64,000 bases of DNA, taken from a virus. Its lineage: Duplodnaviria > Heunggongvirae > Uroviricota > Caudoviricetes. Within the stretch, counting starts at the first letter, position 1, and each line of letters opens with the position of its first letter. The position numbers were made by a program, and so were the translations under genes. This document shows positions 18,215-28,270 of this stretch, piece by piece. The stretch is taken from IMG/VR virus record IMGVR_UViG_3300029702_000002. One strand, 5' to 3'. Under the pieces are notes generated by a model. It searched no databases and was not told the origin of the DNA. It worked only from the letters and a program-made list of their open reading frames with translations.

Positions 18215-19533
18215 TCTTTATCTCCGATTCGATCTTCGGTATCGCGTAAGCAACGCGGCCATTTCAGTCGTGGGTGGCGTAAGCTGCCGTCCGGTGTTTT
18301 CTCGTGACAATGAACCTCAACAATACGACCACGGTACTTCTCTTTGTTGTTCCAGATCTCGTCCAGATATTTATGCTTAATACCGCTCGCACGAACGATG
18401 ACGCCGTTTTCAAGACGAATAACAATTTTTCCAAGTGTGTTGGCAAAACCAGAGTCCGGGTCGCCCGGCTCAAAGTCGATAATTTCACCATCTTCTGAAT
18501 CTTCGTCTTTTAACTTCCACCAGCTGCGGGTACGTTTAAACTCGTAAACAGAGTTCGGATCTTTGCCCATCTCCCCTTCTTCGTTATCGTCCAGGCGTTT
18601 CATGAAGCGTTCGATGAAGTCTTCGTGGCTATGGATGATATAGAACGGATGCAGGTGAATGTCTTGTGTGTAGCCTTCACTGCGATCGTTTTTGAACAAC
18701 GCCACCAGCATAGCCAGGCGCTCTTTCAGCTTCATACCTGTCTTTGCATACTCTTTGGATTTAGCCTGTGCTCGCCATTCCGGTAGGAAGAAGTCGAAAA
18801 CATGATAAATAGCGCCAATTGCCTGCACGTTCTTTTTGCGCAATGCAGATACGGACTGGTTAAATGAACCGGCAGTTCCTTCACCATCGAAGAAGATGTG
18901 TTTGTGGCCTGAAAGTTTGCCTAATTCGAGCATGGCTGGCTTTAGGTGATCGAGAGACGTGATTGGATTACCAGTACGAGAAAGGAAGTTAACCTCTTCC
19001 TCGTCAACAATAACCTCGCAAATTACTCGCAAACCATCGAGCTTAAGACTGCCAATCATCGGCCATTTTGCTTTAGGATTTGGCTTGAAGGGGTATTTGT
19101 CGCCTTTTTCTTTATACGGTGACGCCAGCTGCACCTCGAATTTCGGAATGGGATTTTCAAAAACCTTGTTGCATAGGCTAATCCCAACGCCAGCTTTCGG
19201 GTCTTTTAAGAGGAAACGACGGAACACGTCCTGCCCATCGGCGCACATTGACGCCACGATAGACTCAACAGCTGCTATTGCTGCGTTCCCCGTTAGCTCG
19301 CGAGAGGCCAGCTTATTCAGTACATCAATGGCTTTTTCGTCACTTGGGATGGACTCACTAAGCGGCTCTGCCACTTTGTATTTCTTTACCCCAAAACGGA
19401 TGAAAGGGTTGAGCATCAATGAAACCATGCTTTGTTCAAAGTCATCCATGTTGGCCAATGCCTCTTTTTTTGCATTGGTTCCCATAGCTTTCATTTCGTC
19501 CAGCTTATGCTTAAGTGCGATCAACTTTTTCAT
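18211..19533 (-). CDS. ATP-dependent DNA ligase
   Basis: 440 aa; motif I adenylation site SLKLDGLR (KxDGxR); motif III-like FFDGEGT. Confidence 0.7.
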   Translation of the reverse strand: MKKLIALKHKLDEMKAMGTNAKKEALANMDDFEQSMVSLMLNPFIRFGVKKYKVAEPLSESIPSDEKAIDVLNKLASRELTGNAAIAAVESIVASMCADGQDVFRRFLLKDPKAGVGISLCNKVFENPIPKFEVQLASPYKEKGDKYPFKPNPKAKWPMIGSLKLDGLRVICEVIVDEEEVNFLSRTGNPITSLDHLKPAMLELGKLSGHKHIFFDGEGTAGSFNQSVSALRKKNVQAIGAIYHVFDFFLPEWRAQAKSKEYAKTGMKLKERLAMLVALFKNDRSEGYTQDIHLHPFYIIHSHEDFIERFMKRLDDNEEGEMGKDPNSVYEFKRTRSWWKLKDEDSEDGEIIDFEPGDPDSGFANTLGKIVIRLENGVIVRASGIKHKYLDEIWNNKEKYRGRIVEVHCHEKTPDGSLRHPRLKWPRCLRDTEDRIGDKE

Positions 19534-20012
19534 TGTTGTTTTGCCTCCATATGTTGATCGATTTGCTCATGTGTTTTTTTTGTTGTTTCTTCAAGCAACG
19601 CCGCATACACGTCAGTGATCGCTGTTTGTGATGTGGCGCTCTTCTTAACCATGCTATTAATCGTTACACTGTCACGTTTTCGTTTTATAGTTCTGGCTTG
19701 TTTATTCCGTTCTTCAACCTCCTTAATGAGCGCGGTCATATCTTCGAAATACAGAGATTCTCCTTTACGAATCTCTTCAACCATCATTTTTAACGCCTTG
19801 CATTTGCCTGCTTTGATAGCGGTTGCGCACGACTGGAATGAAGTTCGAGGAAGACGGTTTTCTTTGAAGGCAAGAATGGTGTGCTGGCAAACGGAGTAGC
19901 TGCAATATGCCGACTCACCGTTTATCTTTACTTCCTCACAACGAAGTGAATAACCATTATTTCCTGAAATAGAGGGGATTTTTGACAAATCAGCTTTCAC
20001 AACTACCGCCAT
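19530..20012 (-). CDS. hypothetical protein (160 aa)
   Basis: ORF track; coupled to the ligase gene (4-nt overlap); Cys-containing N-terminal half, basic C-terminal half. Confidence 0.45.
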   Translation of the reverse strand: MAVVVKADLSKIPSISGNNGYSLRCEEVKINGESAYCSYSVCQHTILAFKENRLPRTSFQSCATAIKAGKCKALKMMVEEIRKGESLYFEDMTALIKEVEERNKQARTIKRKRDSVTINSMVKKSATSQTAITDVYAALLEETTKKTHEQIDQHMEAKQQ

Positions 20013-20067
20013 AAATAATCTTGTACTTACCTATCGTTATTTGCGTAAAAAACGACGCGCGGAGAGA

Positions 20068-20844
20068 TTACCAACTTCCCCAGCTAATCATCTTGCGCTG
20101 ATCGCTTTCTAAGCGATAAGGGGCAAGAAGCTCTGTGACATGATTGGTGGCGTATGATTTAGCCTCTTGCTTAATCATCGGTAATTCGTTAGCAATCCTG
20201 ACCATCTTCCCAGCAAATTCCGCCATTACGCCATCACAAGCCTTCCCCGCATCAACAACGATATGCACAAGATCCAACTGGCTTTTGCACATATCCCAAA
20301 GAGACGCGTATTCACTCTCTCTGATTACATTTACGGCACTATTAGCCCCTTTATTAATCAAAACTTCCAACAGATTTTTCGGGGTAACGAAATCTGCTTT
20401 CAGAGATAATGTCTTTTCACCACTTATCGAACGCAAGTACTCTTCGTAGTTATTCTTCATCAAACCGCTGCTGCGCATTGCTAGAACTGCTTCTTGAATG
20501 GCCGCTTCAATAGTTTCGTCGTTTGAAAGACAAAAAACGGTATTTGTGTAGATCACTCTGCCATCAAGCCATGCTCCAACCTGCACTTTAAGACTGAGCG
20601 GGTTTTCTTTGCTAATAAAAACAACTAATGCAGAACGCCGTGCACAAGAAGGTTCGCCCCATACGTGTAACTCAACTTTCAGATAAGGCAACCCTGGTAG
20701 CGGGATCTCGTCCATACGAGCAGCGATATGATTCATTGCTGTATTGACGGCCTTTCCAATGATGTCTAGTCGACTGCCCTCGCTGATTTCTAAACCTGTT
20801 TTATCAATGATGTCACAGGCCAATTTCTGAATTTCGTCTTTCAT
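20068..20844 (-). CDS. hypothetical protein (258 aa)
   Basis: ORF track; no motif recognised. Confidence 0.5.
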   Translation of the reverse strand: MKDEIQKLACDIIDKTGLEISEGSRLDIIGKAVNTAMNHIAARMDEIPLPGLPYLKVELHVWGEPSCARRSALVVFISKENPLSLKVQVGAWLDGRVIYTNTVFCLSNDETIEAAIQEAVLAMRSSGLMKNNYEEYLRSISGEKTLSLKADFVTPKNLLEVLINKGANSAVNVIRESEYASLWDMCKSQLDLVHIVVDAGKACDGVMAEFAGKMVRIANELPMIKQEAKSYATNHVTELLAPYRLESDQRKMISWGSW

Positions 20845-20886
20845 ACCAACTCCTAGCTAACAGATGAAAGTATTCTTACAAAAAAC

Positions 20887-20906
20887 TAAGTATGTATCTA
20901 CTTATC
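20887..20906. promoter_or_regulatory. intergenic motif TAAGTA-N6-TACTTATC upstream of gene 20068..20844
   Basis: Motif-family member about 40-60 nt upstream of the minus-strand start at 20844. Confidence 0.4.
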
Positions 20907-20969
20907 ATTTTAGGCGCAATAGTTCCCTATACGAAGATGCCGGGCTTATAGTCTGCCCGGCATTCACCA

Positions 20970-21383
20970 TTAATGAGCTACAGCCTCACTGTTGCACATC
21001 TTTCTGTAGACCTGCTTATAACGCTGTAAGTCATGAGGATCATTAGGTGCCAACGACTTCGATAGGATTTTGTATACCACCCCTTTCGAAAACATGCCCT
21101 TTGGCTTCATTTCGAGTTCAACAACATATGAGTGATAGCCCACGTATGCACCAAAGCCATTTTTGGCGTTTAATTCACCACACACAAAGCCTGTCACACT
21201 CCCATCGTCATGATCAGTCCTGACAAACTTATCTTTCCTAAACATCACCGACGTGGGATCTTTCATGTCATCCGCAATGGCCTGTTGGCCCAGAGTAATA
21301 GCCTTCTCGTCTGTAGGCTTACACCCAACTAATGCAAACAAAGACAATAAAGCACCTGTTAAAATCAGCTTCTTTTTGCTCAT
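20970..21383 (-). CDS. lipoprotein (137 aa)
   Basis: Signal peptide MSKKKLILTGALLSLFALVGC with lipobox LVGC. Confidence 0.6.
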   Translation of the reverse strand: MSKKKLILTGALLSLFALVGCKPTDEKAITLGQQAIADDMKDPTSVMFRKDKFVRTDHDDGSVTGFVCGELNAKNGFGAYVGYHSYVVELEMKPKGMFSKGVVYKILSKSLAPNDPHDLQRYKQVYRKMCNSEAVAH

Positions 21384-21570
21384 TTTGACTTCCCTTTATT
21401 TATATTTATCGTAGGTATTAGTTAACCAAAACACGAGCAGTGTCACAATAATTCCATAACTTATTATTTCCACTAGTGATTAATACCACATCAACTTTAC
21501 GGTTCATAAATTAAATTATCAAAGCTGACAGATTAACTAAATTTAAGTACCCTTTTCGCACACTTGACGC

Positions 21571-22761
21571 TTGCCGCGTCTAAACTGTTCATCCTATATC
21601 AACAGAATAAAAAACATGAAATACATAAAATCTTCTTCGTTGCTGGCATTAACTTTGCTTTTTAGCTCTGGATTCGTTAACGCAGACAATAAACAAACGT
21701 TGATAGAAGCCGCTACCGCAGGTGATACCGCAGCACAAAGTGAGTTAGGGACAAATTATTTGGATGGTGTCAATGGTTTTGATAAGGATGTAGTTGAGGC
21801 AAAGAAGTGGATTGATCTCGCTGCAGAAAAGGGAGATAAAGTAGCATATTATGCACTTGGAGTTATGTACACATTTGGCGAGGGTGTAGATAAAGACCTA
21901 AATAAAGCTGTTGAGTACTACAAACTTGCGGGGGATGCTCGTGAAGGTAGAGCCTACAACAATCTTGGTGCTATTTATCAAAAGGGGATGCTTGGTAAAG
22001 TAGATCATGCACTCGCCATTAAATACTTCAAACTAGCCTCTGATGTCGGGTATGTTAAAGCAACTTCAGTTCTTGGGGCGTATTACCAATATGGTAAAGG
22101 CGTTAAAAAGAATTATAAAAAGGCTTTTACTTATTACAAAAAGGCGGCAGACCAAGGCAGTTCAGAAGCTATGATAGGATTAGGAATACTATACGATGAT
22201 GGGTTAGGCGTTAAACGCAATGATGCAGAAGCAGTTAAGTGGTATAAAAAGGCAGCGGAACTTGGAAACGCCGACGCCATAACCAATCTTGGCATTATGT
22301 ATGAGAATGGGGAAGGTGTAAAAAAGGACTATAAAAAAGCAGCCGACCTTTATCAGACTGCTTGCAATAAAGGAGAAAAAAGAGGCTGTGAATACATTGC
22401 TGAACTGAAAGAAAGCGGAAAATATCGAGTATCTGATTCCAAAGCCAAATCAAAATCAGATGTACAGCGACTTATTGCTAAATCCATTGATAAAGGCGTT
22501 AACGCAACATTTACCTGGCAGGGTGATGATGCCGTCTTCACCGCTAATGATGGCAAAGTTGACTGCACCTTCTTGAAGGATTTTTCAGAGAAAGGAGGCA
22601 ATCTGGCTACCTCGTTTGTTTGCACCGATAACGTTCAAATCATCCTGAAGCAATTCAGAGATACCAAGAATGCCTACCTCGCGGTAATGACTGACAACTT
22701 CAACACAGAAGTTAAATCATTTTCGGTCAATGTTTACGTGACTAATACTGGTTCAAACTAA
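21571..22761 (+). CDS. secreted Sel1-like repeat (SLR/TPR-like) protein
   Basis: 396 aa; N-terminal signal peptide (LLALTLLFSSGFVNA); about six tandem 36-aa Sel1-type repeats with recurring A..W..KAA..G...A...LG..Y..G.GV..D pattern; about 120-aa unrelated C-terminal domain. Confidence 0.7.
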   Translation: MPRLNCSSYINRIKNMKYIKSSSLLALTLLFSSGFVNADNKQTLIEAATAGDTAAQSELGTNYLDGVNGFDKDVVEAKKWIDLAAEKGDKVAYYALGVMYTFGEGVDKDLNKAVEYYKLAGDAREGRAYNNLGAIYQKGMLGKVDHALAIKYFKLASDVGYVKATSVLGAYYQYGKGVKKNYKKAFTYYKKAADQGSSEAMIGLGILYDDGLGVKRNDAEAVKWYKKAAELGNADAITNLGIMYENGEGVKKDYKKAADLYQTACNKGEKRGCEYIAELKESGKYRVSDSKAKSKSDVQRLIAKSIDKGVNATFTWQGDDAVFTANDGKVDCTFLKDFSEKGGNLATSFVCTDNVQIILKQFRDTKNAYLAVMTDNFNTEVKSFSVNVYVTNTGSN

Positions 22762-24006
22762 TGCTGCTATACCTTTTACCTTGCTTAAAAGTTCAAGCTG
22801 TCGTGAGTAAGGTTTTGCGCAATAGTAGGCTTTGATAATCTGCCCCGGTGTCGCATCGCCGGGGTCGAGTCCTTCCTCGCCCAAACACGCAACTTTGACA
22901 TTAAGACCAATACTTGTGAGTCGCCTGGCTGCGGCCATAGTGTTGCGTATAGCTTGCTTTTCACTATCCCACATCATGATCACATTACGTAATCCACGCG
23001 CCTTGAGCGTCAGGAACGCGCCCAGCTGATCTTCTGCATCCTGAGTGGTGTTGCCAGATAGATGCATCCCGAACGTTCCTATTGGTTCCACGTAATCACG
23101 TAATGTTTCTTCGTCAAAAATAGCTCGTTTGACCCCCATAACATCGAACGCCCCCTCACAGACAACTACCGTCTGTTTGCCGACTGCATTATGGCCGTTG
23201 TAGAGAAACTTACCTGAAGCTGGAAGCTGCATAGGAAAGAGGTAGCGACGTTCTGCTGTACCGGTAATGTCTCGTCCCTGAAATGTCTTCATTACCCCAT
23301 CCAGATCGTAAACCGGTATGAGTATTCGCATATCGAATATCTGTCCTTTTACCTGATCTGTATACGGATCTACATAGGCGTGTTTGCCTTCGACGCAGTA
23401 TCGTAGGTCAAAATACTTTGCCATTTCAGGCGATATGTTTCGTTCAACCAGATAGTCTGGAAGACGGCCATCTATAGGCAGTTCGTAATGACGAGGGAGG
23501 GCAACTGGTCCCTCTAACTCGACTGTGCTTGCAAGCACTATCTCTTCTTTCTTTGGTGTCCATCCCTGAGAAAGAAGGGCGTTCTGCACATATTCTTCGA
23601 ACTGTCGCCGTGATTTACCGCTGTAGTGCTTGAGGAACACCAGCTTATTAAATTGTATTTCTTCAGGATGGTCGCCAGCGAAACATTTACCCACACCACT
23701 GGTCAGATTGAAATATACCTTCCAGTTGGAGCTGCCGCATACCGGACACTCCTTGATATTCACTTCACGACCGCGAGCACTCACGCCTCCGCGCCGATAA
23801 ATGATACCTTCAGTGTCCAACCATTGTTCAAAATCTAATTCGGTAATTAGCTCTTTCAGCTCGCTCACGATAATTCCACTTTTAACAGGCAATATTGTGA
23901 CCAACCTAAATGTTGATATAACATAAAGGCTCATGTGTTTTTCTTTTGTGGTTTGGCAAAAGAAAAGTTGTTTCACCAATGAATCAAGCGTGGAGGCGTT
24001 CTCCAC
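22753..24006 (-). CDS. DNA primase (DnaG-like: zinc finger + TOPRIM)
   Basis: 417 aa; zinc-binding CPVCGSSNWKVYFNLTSGVGKCFAGDH; TOPRIM-like VVVCEGAFDVMGV and MMWDSE acidic motifs. Confidence 0.7.
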   Translation of the reverse strand: MENASTLDSLVKQLFFCQTTKEKHMSLYVISTFRLVTILPVKSGIIVSELKELITELDFEQWLDTEGIIYRRGGVSARGREVNIKECPVCGSSNWKVYFNLTSGVGKCFAGDHPEEIQFNKLVFLKHYSGKSRRQFEEYVQNALLSQGWTPKKEEIVLASTVELEGPVALPRHYELPIDGRLPDYLVERNISPEMAKYFDLRYCVEGKHAYVDPYTDQVKGQIFDMRILIPVYDLDGVMKTFQGRDITGTAERRYLFPMQLPASGKFLYNGHNAVGKQTVVVCEGAFDVMGVKRAIFDEETLRDYVEPIGTFGMHLSGNTTQDAEDQLGAFLTLKARGLRNVIMMWDSEKQAIRNTMAAARRLTSIGLNVKVACLGEEGLDPGDATPGQIIKAYYCAKPYSRQLELLSKVKGIAALV

Positions 24007-24015
24007 GCTTATTTT

Positions 24016-25356
24016 TTAGGTAACGTCTAAGATTCGCTCAATGAAGCGCATTTGTTCGAGGTTTTGTTTAACGCGAATGCTGATCCCTCCCTGCTGGTTA
24101 CGTGAACCAGCAAAGTAGAGACGAGCCTCTCCTTTCGCTTCTTCTTCTTCGGTTTTGTTGATCGTTATTACCAGGTCAGCAATACGTACTTTTTCGATGT
24201 TGTCGGCAGCGTGCATCATTGTGGCAACTTCTGACGCGCCACCTTCACGGTTTGTCTGCGATGCCGTGATCCCAGCAACGTTATGCTTGTCATAAAGAGC
24301 ACGTAAATCGGTGTAGATACTACGAATGTTGGCGCGATCATCACGAAGGTCATAACTGGCACGCATCAAATCTGCGTAGTCGACAACAACCATGTCAGGC
24401 ACCATGCCGTTGGCTTTCATGCTGTTAAGCATACGGTCCAGATCTGCCGGTGACATACTTCCTGACGGACGCTCAACCACCCACAAACTACCAATCCCCT
24501 TCGTGGCTCCCAACTCTGCCAACTTACGATGAACCTCATCGCGCCGTTCCACCAGCTTGGACATTTCTGTCTCCGACAATCTTGCATCAAAACGGTCGGA
24601 TAAAATGGTGGTGTGAACCTCCAGCGAGAGATACAGAACATTGTAGCCAGCAAGCGTTGCGTTTATGGAAAACTCACCCATTGCGGTCGATTTGCCGGAT
24701 TTAGCGAACCCCATGAAGAGCACCATTTCACGCTTCGCCCAGCCTTTTTGGTACAGCAACCTATCGAGCAGAGGGAGTCCAGTTGTAATGCTGTTTGGCA
24801 CATACTCCTCTGAAGCCTCATATTCACGCGCTTTCAATCGCTCACTTGCGGAGGTGTAGTAGTCATAGATTCCGGTCGCTTCGTTCGAGCCTATCTGCTG
24901 AACCTTGGCCATGATTGCCATCGCCCCCTGAAAGTCGCCCTTCTCTTTCAGTTCAGCAGCTTTAATCAGAGCATCATCAAACGCTACACTTTTTGCGAAT
25001 GTGGATACCTGGTCAACCATGTACGAGGTATCAGACAATTTTTCTGCAAGGATGCGCTTAAACGCAGCAACAACATCCGGGAAGAGTTCCTCACGGATGG
25101 TCTTATCGCGTTTCGCGCGCTTAAGCATATCCAGAATCGCAGATGAAGAAGGCGCGCTCTTGTACATACGGTAATAGCCCGAAACCATATTAACCAATAT
25201 GGCATTGGCCGCATTGGCAAATTGGCTAGGCACAACCAGATCTCCCGCACGAGTAAGAAACTCGTGATCACGACAAAAATATGCCGTCAGTCTGTTCTGG
25301 AAATCTTCATCAAACTCTTCGGACAGCCCGCGTCCTGTATGGCAAAGTTCGGTCAT
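24016..25356 (-). CDS. replicative DNA helicase (DnaB / T7 gp4 helicase-domain family)
   Basis: 446 aa; Walker A GFAKSGKST; Walker B-like MVVVDYADL; RecA-fold C-terminal domain. Confidence 0.75.
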   Translation of the reverse strand: MTELCHTGRGLSEEFDEDFQNRLTAYFCRDHEFLTRAGDLVVPSQFANAANAILVNMVSGYYRMYKSAPSSSAILDMLKRAKRDKTIREELFPDVVAAFKRILAEKLSDTSYMVDQVSTFAKSVAFDDALIKAAELKEKGDFQGAMAIMAKVQQIGSNEATGIYDYYTSASERLKAREYEASEEYVPNSITTGLPLLDRLLYQKGWAKREMVLFMGFAKSGKSTAMGEFSINATLAGYNVLYLSLEVHTTILSDRFDARLSETEMSKLVERRDEVHRKLAELGATKGIGSLWVVERPSGSMSPADLDRMLNSMKANGMVPDMVVVDYADLMRASYDLRDDRANIRSIYTDLRALYDKHNVAGITASQTNREGGASEVATMMHAADNIEKVRIADLVITINKTEEEEAKGEARLYFAGSRNQQGGISIRVKQNLEQMRFIERILDVT

Positions 25357-25399
25357 GTGCTTTCCTTTGTTTTTTAAACAAATTGTTTTCTAGTATTAG

Positions 25400-26149
25400 T
25401 TAATTAGATAGGGGATCAATAAACCGCCGTGCTTCTTCCAGTTCTTCTGGAAAGTGGGCGGAAATAAGGCGCTCTGGAACGATTTCCATTAGCCAGATAG
25501 CGGAGAAAATTGCGCGTATGCGCTTGCTGCGAGGTATGGTGCGCAAACGCTCCAGAATCCACTCAAAATAGCTTTCCTGAATCGGGTTGAACTGCATGTC
25601 TCCCATATGCTTAAAGCTAACAAGAGAGTCATCCAGACGGGTTGTTGCGCGTCTGGCTAATTTCTCTTCAAATATCTCAATCAGTTCTGGCTGCCACAAA
25701 TGCTGTGGGCGCGGCAGCTTGTCCCACAGCCGTCGTGCAGCTGCGGAAAGAACGGTGGAGATAAAGTAGTCGTATGAGCAGCAATAGCGATCCGCAAACT
25801 GGCGTGCTTTCCATAGCGACGTTTTGTTGGCAGTCGACAACTCCTGATAAGGCAGGCGTTTTAACCCGGTGGTGAACGGAGCTGTTTCAAAGTGTTCGCG
25901 ACCGTGCGTCAGCATGATATTTGAGTACTGACGTTTGTATGCCTCCGTAAAAAGACAGGTGGCCATGAGAGGATGCATGTCGCGGTAATCAAACCACTTC
26001 GTCTCGAAGAGTTCAGCCTCGTCTTTACAGCGCGACAAACCAATGTTTTCAGCGACCCACTTGTCCATAACAGCGGTATTCCACTCTGTCATGAAGTCGT
26101 ACTGGTCGTTGTCGATGGTATCGAAAAAGATTTGGCTCATGTGGCTCAC
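25400..26149 (-). CDS. hypothetical protein (249 aa)
   Basis: ORF track; AGGTGA RBS; no motif recognised; first gene of the helicase/primase transcription unit. Confidence 0.5.
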   Translation of the reverse strand: MSHMSQIFFDTIDNDQYDFMTEWNTAVMDKWVAENIGLSRCKDEAELFETKWFDYRDMHPLMATCLFTEAYKRQYSNIMLTHGREHFETAPFTTGLKRLPYQELSTANKTSLWKARQFADRYCCSYDYFISTVLSAAARRLWDKLPRPQHLWQPELIEIFEEKLARRATTRLDDSLVSFKHMGDMQFNPIQESYFEWILERLRTIPRSKRIRAIFSAIWLMEIVPERLISAHFPEELEEARRFIDPLSN

Positions 26150-26153
26150 CTGG

Positions 26154-26173
26154 TAGGTAGTTACTTACTTATC
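26154..26173. promoter_or_regulatory. intergenic motif TAGGTAGTTACTTACTTATC upstream of gene 25400..26149
   Basis: Motif-family member 5-25 nt upstream of the minus-strand start codon. Confidence 0.4.
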
Positions 26174-26256
26174 ACAATGAGCGGATGATAGCGACTGGTG
26201 GCAGTTTTTGGAAGTGGAAACGGAAGGGAGTTGTTCTGGTGGTGTCTTTTAAAAGA

Positions 26257-26311
26257 CCTGCTTCCGTATATATTTAATAAGTTACTTATTATTTATATAT
26301 ACAGAAGCAGG
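26257..26311. repeat. 55-bp palindromic element, copy 1 of 2
   Basis: cctgcttccgtatatatttaataagttacttattatttatatatacagaagcagg; identical to 57553-57607; outer 17-bp arms are near-perfect inverted repeats around an AT-rich core containing AATAAGTtACTTATT. Confidence 0.85.
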
Positions 26312-26422
26312 CATAACTTGTCGTCTTAGACGCCCAGAAGCTCTACACTTTGAGCCTGTTAAATTGATTAAAAACTTATGTGTAAAATAGAACGCATTAG
26401 TCAGTAGCAAAGAGATGCAATA

Positions 26423-27190
26423 ATGGACGATTTATCGGTATACGCGAGATCATTGGATAAGGCTAAATACTATGTTTACTGTCTCTATGATACAGAAGAC
26501 AAGATGAAAAGACCGTTTTACATAGGAAAAGGCAAATCGACTCGTTGTCTCGATCACATCAAGTATCCCGATGACTCTCCCAAATCCATGCGGATCAAAG
26601 AACTTTTGGCTAATAAAAAATTAGGCATAGATATACTTCGTCATGGTATGGATGAAACCACAGCCAAACTTGTTGAGGCGACATGCATCGACCTTATGGG
26701 GGTCGGAGAGCTTACGAATAAGGTACGAGGAAGTGGTTCCATGATGGGCAGAATATCACTGGACGCCTACCATCACTTAGTGCTGCAAGAGGAAACTGAA
26801 ATTGCTCCTGAGCACGCCGGTCTTGCCTTCCTGCTAAACAGCACCTACAAGTCAGGAATGTCCGCTCTGGCATTATATGAAGCTACGCGTGGCGTATGGG
26901 CAAAGGTTCCAAGAGACGAGAATCTCAAATATGCCTACGCTACATATGGTGGGCTGATAATGGAAGTTTATCAGATTGAATGCTGGGTCAAAGCCGGTTC
27001 TCAGCAGTACTTTACAAGGGATATAGCTCTTGGCCCCGACACAAAACGTTATGAATTTGTTGGCAGAATAGCCGATGAGCATATTAGAAAACTGTATGTA
27101 GGCAAATTAATCAAGAAGCCACCAAGCTACGGTAGCCCTTTTGTGAAGGTTGGGGTGGTTAGGACTGAACATAGTGTTAGCGCGGCATAA
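26423..27190 (+). CDS. GIY-YIG nuclease-domain protein
   Basis: 255 aa; N-terminal KYYVYCLYDTEDKMKRPFYIGKGKSTRCLDH matches the GIY-(10 aa)-YIG ... R ... H catalytic pattern; plus-strand, own terminator. Confidence 0.65.
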   Translation: MDDLSVYARSLDKAKYYVYCLYDTEDKMKRPFYIGKGKSTRCLDHIKYPDDSPKSMRIKELLANKKLGIDILRHGMDETTAKLVEATCIDLMGVGELTNKVRGSGSMMGRISLDAYHHLVLQEETEIAPEHAGLAFLLNSTYKSGMSALALYEATRGVWAKVPRDENLKYAYATYGGLIMEVYQIECWVKAGSQQYFTRDIALGPDTKRYEFVGRIADEHIRKLYVGKLIKKPPSYGSPFVKVGVVRTEHSVSAA

Positions 27191-27206
27191 AGCTGACACT
27201 GTAGTT

Positions 27207-27244
27207 ATGCATTGGCGCAATGTACGCGCCAATGCATGATTTTT
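27207..27244 (+). terminator. rho-independent terminator
   Basis: atgcattggcgc-aatgtac-gcgccaatgcat 12-bp stem followed by gattttt. Confidence 0.65.
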
Positions 27245-27602
27245 AACCTTTCTTCATCAACTCTCGTTTGATTTCATCGGTACGCATCGTGACATCGGCA
27301 GCGGTGATCGCCTCATTCAATTTCACGATGTCCTCGATTTCCTGCGGTGACTTCTCTGCCAGATGGAAAATGGCTGCTCGAATCACGTCAGAACGAGTGA
27401 ACTTCTCGAAGCGAGGGATGAACTTCATCATCTCCAGCAGTTCGAAGTATTCGTCCTCCAGTGACATTGTGCGGCTTTTAATTTTCTCTTTGCCACGAGT
27501 CGGGCGTCCCTGTGGTCTGACTGGTTGGCGCAAAGGAGTTGTGTTCTTAGCCGGTGCATCAGGCTCTTTGCGCTTTGCTAGGTCACCCATTTTCATGGAC
27601 AT
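27243..27602 (-). CDS. small partition partner protein (ParG-like centromere-binding candidate)
   Basis: 119 aa, basic N-terminus; located immediately downstream of and coupled to parA, as in type Ib partition operons; assignment is contextual. Confidence 0.45.
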   Translation of the reverse strand: MSMKMGDLAKRKEPDAPAKNTTPLRQPVRPQGRPTRGKEKIKSRTMSLEDEYFELLEMMKFIPRFEKFTRSDVIRAAIFHLAEKSPQEIEDIVKLNEAITAADVTMRTDEIKRELMKKG

Positions 27603-28270
27603 TATTCTTCTTCCTCCAGACTCAACAGATAATCTACAAATTCTTCAAACTCGGCTTCCGCCTTTTTGTCGCGCTCGCTACCGGTCATTTCAAAGATAGA
27701 ACGACCAGACTCTTCCGCATCATCATAGACGTTGCGGTTATATAGATTGACTGGCGCAGACTCGATTCCAAACGTCTCAACAATCTCTTTAGCCGCCAGA
27801 ATGCGAGACACTTGTGATGGCAAAGCCGGGCACTGGTTCATGACCGCGCGGACCTTCACTTTATCGTTTACATTGCGAACATTGTCGATAATAGGATCGA
27901 TGTCACGTAAAGATTTCAAATCACGACGCTTAGGACGCAGCGGGATAATGATAACGTCAGCCATCAGCATCGCTTGTCGCTGAATTTCGGAGTCGAAGCC
28001 ACCAGCATCTACCACTACAAACTCAGCTCTACCCTGAAGCGATTTTAGGTGCTTAATGATGTCATCCTGAACGTATGCAAAAGGAATCAGCTCCAGGTCT
28101 TCGTTCTGTCGACGGTCTTCACACCAGCTCGTTGTCGTGCGCTGAATATCTATATCGGTAATATAAACCTTCTTCTTCTTTTTGACTTTCAGGCAAACGG
28201 CAATTTGCTGGGCAACGGTGGATTTGCCAGGCCCGCCCTTTGTGCCGCCAACCACAAAGATCTTGGTCAT
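27602..28270 (-). CDS. parA: ParA/ParF-type partition ATPase
   Basis: 222 aa; deviant Walker A GGTKGGPGKST; size typical of type Ib ParA. Confidence 0.75.
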   Translation of the reverse strand: MTKIFVVGGTKGGPGKSTVAQQIAVCLKVKKKKKVYITDIDIQRTTTSWCEDRRQNEDLELIPFAYVQDDIIKHLKSLQGRAEFVVVDAGGFDSEIQRQAMLMADVIIIPLRPKRRDLKSLRDIDPIIDNVRNVNDKVKVRAVMNQCPALPSQVSRILAAKEIVETFGIESAPVNLYNRNVYDDAEESGRSIFEMTGSERDKKAEAEFEEFVDYLLSLEEEE

